DNA of 64,000 bases from a virus: positions 64,001-128,000 of IMG/VR virus record IMGVR_UViG_3300033145_003080; one strand, written 5' to 3'. Positions 27,162-37,300 of this stretch are shown here, in pieces (position 1 is the stretch's first letter; each line of letters starts with the position of its first letter). A program made the translations under genes and the position numbers. Below the pieces are notes generated by a model. The model was not told the DNA's origin. It made no database searches and saw nothing but the letters and a program-made list of their open reading frames with translations.

Positions 27162-29258
27162 ATGCATATTGCAGATATATACAACACGGCGTTTGTAGAT
27201 GAGCTTATGAAAGTGGCGAAATTTAAGGGAACGTTGTTGCCACATCAAGTTGAAGCGCTTGAGAAGTTCAACAAAGAAGACGCTATTCTTCTTTTGCATC
27301 ATTTGGGATCTGGTAAAACAATAACATCAATTGCCGGCACTGAAGATGGAGGTTCTGTTGATGTGGTTGTCCCAGCTTCTCTCAGAGAAAATTATAAAAA
27401 GGAATTGGCTAAATTTACAACACCCGGCGGTACAAAAAGAAATGTTATTTCTTATAATAAATATGTAAAAGAAGGACCGACGCCGGGAGCTAAAGCTGCT
27501 GTGTTTGATGAGCCTCAAAGGATTGGTAGGCATGGCACATTAACATCCCAAACTGTAGTTGGTTCTGCGCTATTGTACCCAAAAAGGATGCTTTTAACAG
27601 GAACTCCAGCGACAAATTATCCTTATGAACTTGCTCCTATTATAAGGACATTAACGCCTGAAGCAAAAAACATACCACTTGATCCAATTGCGTTTAAAAG
27701 TAAATTTCTCGGAGAAAAAAAGATTCGATTGTCACCACTTAAATATTTAATGGGGATGAAGCCTGGTGTTGAATTTTATCCGCGTAATGTTGAGGAGATC
27801 AAAGGCGCCATTAAGGGGAAGGTTCATTATTACAAACCTGATGAGGAGGGTTACCCAGAGCGTATTGATGAGGTTAAAAGTGTAGAAGCGTCCCCAGAAC
27901 AGGTAAAGTATTATAAATATGTTACCAAGCGAGCCAATCCGGTTGTTGCTTTAAAAGTGCGCATGAACATGCCTTTGTCTAAAAAGGAATCAAAGGAGTT
28001 AAACGCATTCATGACTGCCGCGAGACAAGTCTCAAATACAACAAAGCCATATGGTGGTAAAGAGCAATTGTCTCCAAAGTTAAAGACTGTTATTGACGAT
28101 TTTGAGGAAAGTGTTAATAAAAATAAAAAACACAAAGGTATTATATATTCTAATTATCTTGGGGCAGGTGTCGATATTATTGCTGAAGAAATGGAAAAGC
28201 GTGGCATTCCTTACACACGTTTTACTGGAAAATTAAATGATAAACAAAAAAAAGAATCTGTTGATAAATACAACAAAGGCGAAGTAAAGGCAATACTTGT
28301 AAGTGGGGCAGGGTCTGAAGGGCTTGATTTAAAAAATACTCGTTCTATACAAATAATTGAGCCACACTGGAATCAATCGAGAATAGAACAGGTTGTCGGA
28401 AGGGGTATTAGGTACAAGTCGCATGAGGGACTTCCTAAGTCTGAAAGAAAAGTTGATGTAATAAAATACCAAACAACGATTCCAAAAAAAATTATGCAAA
28501 AGATTTTTAAGAAAAAATCTGATACATCGGCAGATCAATATCTTGAAACTTTAAGTAAAGACAAACAGAGGCTTTTAGACAAATTCCTTGATATTTTTAA
28601 AGAAGAAGGAGTGCAGAAATCGGCTTTCGACATGATGTGTGAAAAAAAATACCAAGCAGTTTTTAAAGATGAGCTTGAAAAAATAGCTGCTGTTAATCCT
28701 GAAAATTATTTATATCATTATTTTTCTCCAAAAAGCATTAATAAAATGGTTAGTTCCGGCGGAATAGTGGCAACCCCAAGAAAAGCTTTTGGTGGTAAGA
28801 AAGTAACTGGTATTAGTACTACTAGAGACCCAAAGGCCACATTTTTTAAATCTCTTCCCACAAAAGGTGATGTGGGTTTCTTAAGGTTTAAATTATCAAA
28901 AGATATAATAAATAAAAATTATAAAATAAAACCTTTTGACGACATTGGGCTAAGAAGCATCGGAAAGTCTGAAGCTGAAGAATTAATTATTTTAAAAAAA
29001 ATAAAAGGCAAGCAATCAGTTGTACCTTTTTCAAAAATAAAATCAATTGAAGTTGCCGATCCTAGCGGGTTAAAAAATTATTTAAGAAGTGGCTCTATTG
29101 ATGTAAATAAAATCCCGCAGATTGATTTTTCAAAAATGGAAATATCAGGTGAAAATATGGAAAATATTATGGGGGCGCTTAAGCCGAAAGGGTCCTCAAA
29201 ACAAAGAATTAAAAATATACGAAAAATATTTAACGTTATGAAAAAATTAAAAAAATAA
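27162..29258 (+). CDS. SF2 (SNF2-like) helicase fused to a putative ADP-ribosyltransferase-like domain (cargo 2)
   Basis: HHLGSGKT, FDEPQ, LTGTP, AGSEGLDL, EPHWN..RIEQVVGRGIR..SH; C-terminal YLYH...GISTTRD...EAEE. Confidence 0.8.
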   Translation: MHIADIYNTAFVDELMKVAKFKGTLLPHQVEALEKFNKEDAILLLHHLGSGKTITSIAGTEDGGSVDVVVPASLRENYKKELAKFTTPGGTKRNVISYNKYVKEGPTPGAKAAVFDEPQRIGRHGTLTSQTVVGSALLYPKRMLLTGTPATNYPYELAPIIRTLTPEAKNIPLDPIAFKSKFLGEKKIRLSPLKYLMGMKPGVEFYPRNVEEIKGAIKGKVHYYKPDEEGYPERIDEVKSVEASPEQVKYYKYVTKRANPVVALKVRMNMPLSKKESKELNAFMTAARQVSNTTKPYGGKEQLSPKLKTVIDDFEESVNKNKKHKGIIYSNYLGAGVDIIAEEMEKRGIPYTRFTGKLNDKQKKESVDKYNKGEVKAILVSGAGSEGLDLKNTRSIQIIEPHWNQSRIEQVVGRGIRYKSHEGLPKSERKVDVIKYQTTIPKKIMQKIFKKKSDTSADQYLETLSKDKQRLLDKFLDIFKEEGVQKSAFDMMCEKKYQAVFKDELEKIAAVNPENYLYHYFSPKSINKMVSSGGIVATPRKAFGGKKVTGISTTRDPKATFFKSLPTKGDVGFLRFKLSKDIINKNYKIKPFDDIGLRSIGKSEAEELIILKKIKGKQSVVPFSKIKSIEVADPSGLKNYLRSGSIDVNKIPQIDFSKMEISGENMENIMGALKPKGSSKQRIKNIRKIFNVMKKLKK

Positions 29259-29270
29259 TAGGAAAAACCA

Positions 29271-31337
29271 ATGCCTCCCCCAAAACAAGCATGTGAAACT
29301 ATACTTAACACGCAAATGGCTGTGGTTAAGATTATTAAGCGTGTGCGTGAGATTTCTCAGAAACTTCGCACGCTACTCGAGAATAAATCTAAATTAAAAT
29401 ACGGCATTATTAATCTGCTGGATGTGATAGGGGCAGAGACGCTCACCGCTATTACTTCAGTAGCAGCATCGGCAGCAAAAGCTATACTTGGTGCAATGTC
29501 GGGTATGGCCAGCACGCTGCTCGAGTCAATTCTATCCAGCCTTCTTAAGATATTGCTTGCAAATCCAACTGCTATATTTTCTCTTGTTGCTATCCCCCAT
29601 AGCCAGGCAATTAAAGCCGTTACTGAAGAGAGGCTTTTGCTTCAACGCGCACGAAGGAATATGCGAACTATTTTATATATTATTCTTAAATGGACACAAG
29701 GGGTAAGCGGTGCCCGGTATTATAAACAGTTAAAGGCCGCTCTTCCTTATATCCAGAAAGCAATAGCATTATCAGTTGATATCATCCATGATTTGGAAGG
29801 AGAGCCGACAAAAGATAGTGAGGTAAGGAATGCCAAATTTAATGAGTCAAAATACATAGTAATGCAATGGAATCTCGAAATGGCAATTGATATAACAAAG
29901 CCTGATTCAATTGTTGATACTCGATTTCAAATTACAAAGAAAGTTGAACAAAACCGGAATAGACGGTATAGGCAACTTGCCGAAAAGATAGAGGATAATT
30001 ATAAAAAAAGACGAAAAGAGCTTGCTCGGTGGTATAGTAAACAGATATCACAAATTGACCATGAGAGCGAAAATTTATCAACCGCATTAAAGATGGAGCG
30101 GATACGACATGAATATGCATTTAAAAGAAAGATAATAGAAACTGAGCGCAAAGAAAAGCTCCATGCGGCTGAATTACAAGCGGCTTCAGAGTCTCTTGTT
30201 GACAAAAGTGCATATTTAAATGCTATTGGTGGGATTGCCGCAGAGTTTTCGAATGATATGATAAATCTCGCTGCTAATCTGGCTGAGTTTGTTGATAATG
30301 TGAAAGATGCGTATACAACATACCGGCGTAGTCAAAATTTGTGCAATGCTATTTATAGAATCAGAAATCTTATTACCAATCTGATTAATGAGATTGTTGA
30401 TATATTACGCAGAACTTCGAATGCATCAGCATCTGCGGCGATCAAATCTCTCGAGACAGCGCAGTCGATAATGGAGGTGGTGGAAGAGGATTTTATAGAT
30501 TCAACAGGAAGGTATGAAAATACCTCTGAGAAAATAAGTTCTTCTGAACTGGCCGGCGCAGTTATTTCAGGCTATGGTTTATTATCTTCAGCAGATGCGC
30601 TTCTTGACAGTACTATAACCAAAAGCCTTATCGATTTAGTAAATTCTGATGATGTACTTCAGACTGCAAACGAAGATTTTGAAGCATTTCATCAGGCTTT
30701 AACTCAGATTCCGGACTGGGATGGTCAACTAAATGTGTGGGCTGTAACCCCCACTGACAGTGCATTCAGTCCATATATACAGATGATAGCTGATTCAATA
30801 TCTGTTTTGGCAAAAGTTCCTGTACTCGCCATGTCAAACGATGAAGATGCCAGAATTGAGGTTACCAGAATATTAAAAGATATTAATAATACTTTTAGGG
30901 CTCTGTTTAATCATAATGCAATAGTAAGTAACACGCTCAATTCTTATGTGCCATATATGTCGTCTGAAGCTGGTAATTTGACGAGAATTTTGGCAAATGC
31001 AGGATTACTCGAGGAATTCGCAACTGGAATGAGTATTGCAGCAATGACTGCAGATATTGTAACATCTATAATAAAAGGTGGTCTCGATGATACTATGCCG
31101 ACATATGCCAATTGCCGTTCAGCTTATCCTGAGTTGTATGATAATGCTGACGCTGCAGAGGCTGCTGCGCTTGGTAACGCGAGCATTACTCCGGCGGAAG
31201 TAGATTTAAATTATATATCGAAAGTTGAAGATAAAGAAGTGCAGCGGCTTGGTGGTGATTCTTTTGCGAGGAACTGGGATATGAACAGTTCTCTAACAGA
31301 TGATAGTTTTGCTCGACCGGGCTCTGATGAGGGATAG
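29271..31337 (+). CDS. Large helical/coiled-coil protein, probably virion-associated
   Basis: 688 aa; lies within the tail/baseplate run. Confidence 0.6.
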   Translation: MPPPKQACETILNTQMAVVKIIKRVREISQKLRTLLENKSKLKYGIINLLDVIGAETLTAITSVAASAAKAILGAMSGMASTLLESILSSLLKILLANPTAIFSLVAIPHSQAIKAVTEERLLLQRARRNMRTILYIILKWTQGVSGARYYKQLKAALPYIQKAIALSVDIIHDLEGEPTKDSEVRNAKFNESKYIVMQWNLEMAIDITKPDSIVDTRFQITKKVEQNRNRRYRQLAEKIEDNYKKRRKELARWYSKQISQIDHESENLSTALKMERIRHEYAFKRKIIETERKEKLHAAELQAASESLVDKSAYLNAIGGIAAEFSNDMINLAANLAEFVDNVKDAYTTYRRSQNLCNAIYRIRNLITNLINEIVDILRRTSNASASAAIKSLETAQSIMEVVEEDFIDSTGRYENTSEKISSSELAGAVISGYGLLSSADALLDSTITKSLIDLVNSDDVLQTANEDFEAFHQALTQIPDWDGQLNVWAVTPTDSAFSPYIQMIADSISVLAKVPVLAMSNDEDARIEVTRILKDINNTFRALFNHNAIVSNTLNSYVPYMSSEAGNLTRILANAGLLEEFATGMSIAAMTADIVTSIIKGGLDDTMPTYANCRSAYPELYDNADAAEAAALGNASITPAEVDLNYISKVEDKEVQRLGGDSFARNWDMNSSLTDDSFARPGSDEG

Positions 31338-31385
31338 AAAGATTAATCGATAGCGTTATAATGTTTTAATTACTATTTTAATATT

Positions 31386-31630
31386 GTTACTGGCCACAAA
31401 ACATATTTGCGGTTTGAAAACGGCATTTCAATGCAAACAGTGACTAGCACAAGAGAAGTTCAAAATGAACAATATCTACGACGATAAACAGCTACAAGAA
31501 CGGAATCAGAGTGCTCCCACAGCTCTGCCCACTTCGGGGATTGCCGATCCTGATGTGTCTTTTGATACTAAGCTGAATTGTCATGTGCGAGTGGGTAATA
31601 CTGGTTATAGTACCAGGCCGAATGTCGGTA
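31386..31630 (+). ncRNA. omegaRNA (HEARO-like) scaffold of IsrB; ends approximate
   Basis: GTTACT..AGTGAC(TAG) stem, GCAC/GTGC and CCCAC/GTGGG pairings, CTGGT/ACCAG hairpin, immediately 5' of the PLMP domain. Confidence 0.65.
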
Positions 31631-32652
31631 AACATACTATATTTGTTTTAAATGTTAATGGTAAGCCATTAACCCCAACAACACCAGCAAAAGCAAGAAA
31701 GTTATTAAAAGGAGGTAAAGCAAAAAAATACTGGAGTAAGTTTAACACATTTGGTATTCAACTTGTTGATAAAACAAGAGAAGAAATACAGAAAACTGTA
31801 CTTGGATATGATCCAGGTAGTAAATTTGAAGGCGTTTCTGTGGTTTGTGGTGATGAGAATAATTTGTCTGTAAAATTAAATTTACCTAATAAAACAAATA
31901 TTGTTAATAAATTAAAAGAGCGCAGACAAATCAGAAGGAATAGAAGATATAGAAAATGTCGTAGAAGAAAAGCAAGGTTTTCAAATAGAAAAAGGAATGG
32001 TTTTATCGCCCCATCTCAATTAGTTATAGTGAATTCAAGATTAAAAATTTTAAAAGAATTTTGCAATATTTACCCAATATGCAATGTAGCTATGGAAAAT
32101 ATAAAGTTTAACCATCTAAAATATAGATGGGGTAAGAATTTTTCAACAATGGAAATTGGCAAACAAAAAATAAGAATTTTTTTCAAAAATAGAAATATTG
32201 AAATATTTGAATATGATGGTTTTAAAACATCTAAAATAAGAAAAAAATATGGATATAAAAAGACATTTATAAAAAGTGCAGATCATTTTACATCACATTG
32301 CTCTGATTCATTATCCCTTGCTATTGAGATAAGCTGTAAAAAAAGAATACATGAAGGATTGTTTCTTATAGTTGATGACACTTATCGTTGTGTAAAAAGG
32401 AAACTTCATGACAGACAACCATCAATAGGTGGGATAAGAGAAAAATATTCTCATGGAAATGTAAATGGTGTTAAAAAAAGTATAATTATTGGCGCAAAAA
32501 ACGGCAATATAGGACAATTGTGTGGCGAAACGAATGGTCGTTTTAGATATTATGATTTGGATGGTAAACGAAAAATAACAAAAACAATATCTTGGATAAA
32601 TAACCAATTTAAAACAAATACAATAAAAGAAGAACAATTTTACGCGGCATAA
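31465..32652 (+). CDS. isrB: IsrB-type OMEGA RNA-guided nickase (RRXRR family, no HNH)
   Basis: GKPLTPT (PLMP), LGYDPG (RuvC-I), RRQIRRNRR bridge helix, AMENI (RuvC-II), SHCSD (RuvC-III); no HNH insert. Confidence 0.85.
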   Translation: MNNIYDDKQLQERNQSAPTALPTSGIADPDVSFDTKLNCHVRVGNTGYSTRPNVGKHTIFVLNVNGKPLTPTTPAKARKLLKGGKAKKYWSKFNTFGIQLVDKTREEIQKTVLGYDPGSKFEGVSVVCGDENNLSVKLNLPNKTNIVNKLKERRQIRRNRRYRKCRRRKARFSNRKRNGFIAPSQLVIVNSRLKILKEFCNIYPICNVAMENIKFNHLKYRWGKNFSTMEIGKQKIRIFFKNRNIEIFEYDGFKTSKIRKKYGYKKTFIKSADHFTSHCSDSLSLAIEISCKKRIHEGLFLIVDDTYRCVKRKLHDRQPSIGGIREKYSHGNVNGVKKSIIIGAKNGNIGQLCGETNGRFRYYDLDGKRKITKTISWINNQFKTNTIKEEQFYAA

Positions 32653-32677
32653 AATAATATCAATTAAATTATCAGTT

Positions 32678-33121
32678 ATGGATATTGATTTTTTCACAGA
32701 CTTAAGAAGCCAGTTTAAAATTAGCATTGGTGATAATCCTCAAGGTGTTGAGGGAAACCGTGCGCTGTTAAACCGGTTTGAGATAACATTTTTGACAAAA
32801 ACAAAGATGTTTCTATTTGATGGTAAATTAATTACAGATGATTATGCTGGTGATGCTGAAAAATATATTAATAAACCTCAAGTGCTAAACGACCCACAGA
32901 GCATAGCAGGAGGAGTTTCGGTATCTATTGACCAGACAGTGGCGTCTATGAAAAGTGATGAGCCGCCAGGAGTTCCAAATACTGAAAAAATTGAAAGTGC
33001 AGAGCTTATTGATATAGAAATTATTGATGACATTGTTTTTGCAAAAATACAGGTACACCCTGTAGAAGTTGAACTTTATCAGGATCTTATGTTTAATTTG
33101 CCAATCATCAAAAAGGATTAG
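32678..33121 (+). CDS. gp25-like baseplate wedge subunit
   Basis: 147 aa acidic; VEG..ALL..F...FLT pattern; upstream of the baseplate-J-like gene. Confidence 0.55.
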   Translation: MDIDFFTDLRSQFKISIGDNPQGVEGNRALLNRFEITFLTKTKMFLFDGKLITDDYAGDAEKYINKPQVLNDPQSIAGGVSVSIDQTVASMKSDEPPGVPNTEKIESAELIDIEIIDDIVFAKIQVHPVEVELYQDLMFNLPIIKKD

Positions 33122-33158
33122 AAATAATCATTTAATATTTCTATATAAAATAAAAAAA

Positions 33159-34337
33159 ATGATACAGAAAAAGTCGTATAAATTTAGAATTTATCCAAAT
33201 GACACTCAAAAGATTTTGTTGAATAAAACGTTTGGTTGCGTGAGATACATGTGGAACCAAATGGTGGAATCATTTAAAAAAAAAGAAAACCATAAATCGG
33301 CAACTATTTTACGCAATGAAATTGAATGGTTAAAAGAAGTGTCTGCAGCATCAATTCAACAAAAAGAAATTGATTTTAGAGAGTTTAAAAAACAATTCTT
33401 TTCTAAAAATAGAAAAAGAAATATTGGGAAACCTTCATTTAAAAAGAAGTATCAAAAGCAGTCGTATAGACTTCCCAATCAGAAATTTGTTTTAGATCAA
33501 GGAGAATCAAAAATTAGGTTGGAGAAAATAGGTTGGATAAAAATAATATTAGATAGAAAAATACCTAAACATATATATTATTTATCGGTTACCATTTTGA
33601 AAGATAAGGTTGGTGATTATTATGCGTCTATTCTTGTTAATGAAGAAATTAAAGAACTTCCTAAAACAAATAGGGTGGTTGGTGTTGATTTAGGAATAAA
33701 AGACCTTATTACCACCTCTGATGGATTGCAGGTAAAAATGTTTGATGAAAGCGAGAGCCAAGCTAGGATTAAACGTTTATCTAAACATTTATCAAGGAAA
33801 GTGGTGGGGTCTTTGAGGTTTAATAAACTTAAAAATAAAATAGCAAAAACTCACAGAAAGATTGGTAGAAAGCGCAATTGGTTACATCACAATATTTCTT
33901 TATTTTTGATTAAAAATTATGATGAAATAATTTTAGAAGATTTGAATGTATCTGGGATGATGAAAAACCGCCAATTAGCAGGATTTATTCATAGACAAGG
34001 ATGGTCATCTTTAGTAAACCAGATCAATTATAAATCAAGATGGTATGGTAGAAAGAGCAAAAAACTTGATCGATGGTTTCCTTCTTCTAAAACATGTTGT
34101 GAATGTGGCACTGTTAAAAAAGGTTTAAAATTGTCAGAGAGAGTCTACGAGTGTGAATGTGGTAACAAAATTAACAGAGACTTTAATGCATCTCTAAATA
34201 TTAAATCCGCAGGAGTTACTACGGATCAACGGTCGTTGATGGAATGTGAGACTTTTAATCCTAAAAAGCAATCTTTAGAGTTAAAAGCAATTCCAAGTGA
34301 AATGATTAATCTAATAGAAAAGAATAAAATTCTATAA
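33159..34337 (+). mobile_element. tnpB: IS200/IS605-family TnpB RNA-guided nuclease, no TnpA adjacent
   Basis: KSYKFRIYPN HTH, GVDLGIK, ILEDLNV, PSSKTCCECG...CECG, NRDFNASLNI; start revised to ATG 33159. Confidence 0.92.
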
Positions 34338-34348
34338 AGGATGTAACT

Positions 34349-37300
34349 ATGTTTGATTTTTGGGCTTTTTTGAGAAAGAAATGGTCTGAATATTCGAAGT
34401 CTAGGGGCCAGAAGGGTACTATGATTGATGACCTTGCTGTAAAACCGGCCGGGCTGATCTTGGCTAATTTCTACAACGCCCTTGCTGGACAGAGAAGGGT
34501 TAATAACATCTCGCTTTGGAAAACAATGACCGATGAAGAGCTAAACTTTTTTGGGAATAAATTTTTTACTAAGAGGATAATGGGTGATTTCTCTATTGGA
34601 TCGGTGCGTGTTTACTTCAATGAGAAAAAAAATATCGAACTTTCTACTATAGCCCGGTTTGTCTCAAATCGAGGTTTGCAGTACCGCCCTATTCAGCCTG
34701 GAAAGATAGCAGGTAGCTCATTTAGCAGTTCAACAGATAGGATAGCACTTTATCATATCGACATACCAATTATTGCAGTGTCAAAAGGTGATGAGTACAA
34801 CACTGATGCGAATGAAATAGTCCAACTTATTAATATCGACTTTACTTATCATTCAGCAACAAATCCTGAAGATATAATTCGCGGATCAAAATATGAGACA
34901 AATGAAGAATATTTCAATCGTCTTGTTTATACTGTGAATGACCGCAGTATGATGAATAAGAAGAGTATGATGGTTCTTCTTCCCGAATTTTTTCCAGTTA
35001 TTAATGCAATGTATATAGCAGGTGCTGGTGACCGATATATGCAAAGAGATTTAATTGCCGGCGTTGACCTGTCCCTTCCTTATAAAGAAGCAACCTATCT
35101 TGGCAAGTTAAAAGGTGAGAATATAGTTAAACATATTGGTTTTTATGGTATATTCCCACCGAATGTAGGAAGCCTTCAGTCGAACAGGTACTGGGGGCCA
35201 CATTCAGCGGTATCAGAATACCGCTATCCCCTAACTATAGAACAATCATCATCTGCATTCAGCCCTGAACAGACAGATCCGCGGCTAAACGATCCTGCAT
35301 TCCTTGGGTTTCCACTTGACCAGGAGTGTGTCGATAATATGTATAAAGGTCTTTACTTTAACGATTATAAACGATTTATGGAAGTAAGAACTGAAGATCT
35401 GTTTAATATTGTTGATGAAGAGGTTGGGTTTACACCAGTGCTACCAGATGTAACATGGAAGTTTGGTGCGCATGGACTTATGCCGGGTAATGTTGGCAGG
35501 CTTGCTGACAATGTGCAGAATATAAATGTGGTTAGTTTTTATGACACTGAAATCAGACTTGCCGGTGGTGCGTATAATTCAATTTCTGTCGGCAAGGACA
35601 TTCTCAAACGTACCGGGGTAAAATTAACCGGTTCTTTTATTTGTCCCGAACCTGCTGATGAAAATTCTCCAATACTGAATAGCAATCTGCAAATTATGAT
35701 TGGTGGTATAAATGATTTAAATCTTGTTGATGGATATACTGGTGTCGGGTTTGGCATTAGAATGACTGATATATATGATGAAGGTGATATTGATGTGCCG
35801 AATGCAGTTATATATTTTGCCCATAATGAAAAGTATGGGACCGCCCAGGTTTATGCGACTGATTATGATATCAGTGACCATATTTCAGTTTCAGATATAG
35901 GAGCCCTTGCCGAAAAAGAATTTAGAATTCAGCCGAATATCGAATACGAATTTGAGTTTATTATTTATGATGATTTAAGATTATCGCTTTATTTCAACAA
36001 GACAAGTGAAAAGCAACCGTCAGATCCATATGAAAAAGAGAATGAATTTCATTTCGAATTGCCTCGTAAAGTTTTGGGAATATTTTCTGACGAAAGCAGA
36101 CAGGGTTTATTGTCAACGAGCAATATACGATATGGTACAACAATGAAGGCGACACTTGACACAGAGTCTCTCGTTTCAGAGGATATATGGCGAATAAATG
36201 ACTTAAAAGCTTTTGATATGAATCCATCGAAAGCAATGGCGTTATATGCTATAAATATGGATGATATAGAAAGCCCCATATCTGTCTTTCTTCGAGCATT
36301 TGGTTCGAGTGCTATCGATAATGCCCAGGCTGATGGCTACCAGGTGTTCTTATGGGATAAGGAGGTTCAGACAATAGCCTCTGGGTCGTCAGAGCTTACT
36401 CGAGGAGGTTGGGCTGAAGCAAACGGTATATCCAACCCAGATAGTTCAAAAAGTTCTGCCCTTGGTCTTTTAAGGCATGACATACAAAACATGGATCGGT
36501 ACCTGGTTGATAGTAAGTTCGGCAAAAACATTTTTATCATGATATTAACCACAGGTGTTTCGAAAGGGTCAATACGATATAATAGAGATATTCGAGATGA
36601 TGTCCATTCTTTTCTCCGTGTTGATTATATAAAAGCTGAGAGTATGAATATAGCATCTTATCACGCAAATAATAAAGCAGACATACACCTTGCAACCCTT
36701 AATAATTCGGAAGAGTATGAAGTCGTTACTACAACTCTCACCAAACAACCTAATGATACTTATTTTGAAATGAGTCTCGAGAATAAATGTAAAATGCCTG
36801 TGGTTGAGATGGTGTCTGTAACTATAGGTACCACTGTTAGTGACACTGAAACTCTTGCAGAAACTGAATATTCTATGATTGACTCAGACGTTTTATTGCT
36901 TAATTCCTCAAAAGAAAAGAAGCATATAACTTTGAATGAATCTGATGCTGATACAATAACAGTCGAATATAGAACGTATCCGGAAATTGAACGTATTCAG
37001 GACTTTTTTGAAAGCTCTATATATCAAAAAATTTATGGCGACTTTCTCATTAAACACAAAATGCCATGCGATCTTGATTTTACAATTTTTTATACCGGAG
37101 ATATCAACGATGATCAATTGATAACGGAAATAAGAAAATATGTTGATGATAATATTGATGGGGTGTTTTCTATACGGAATTTTATCAGCTATCTCTATAA
37201 TGAGGAGCTGGTTAACAATATCAAGGAACCTGTCGAGATATCGTATACTAAATGGAACGATGAGTGGGAGCAAGAAACGGGAACCTTTACCGATAAGCTC

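Noticed and set aside
31465-32652. Cas9 or IscB call
   Set aside because: Too short and no HNH domain between RuvC-II and RuvC-III; fits IsrB.
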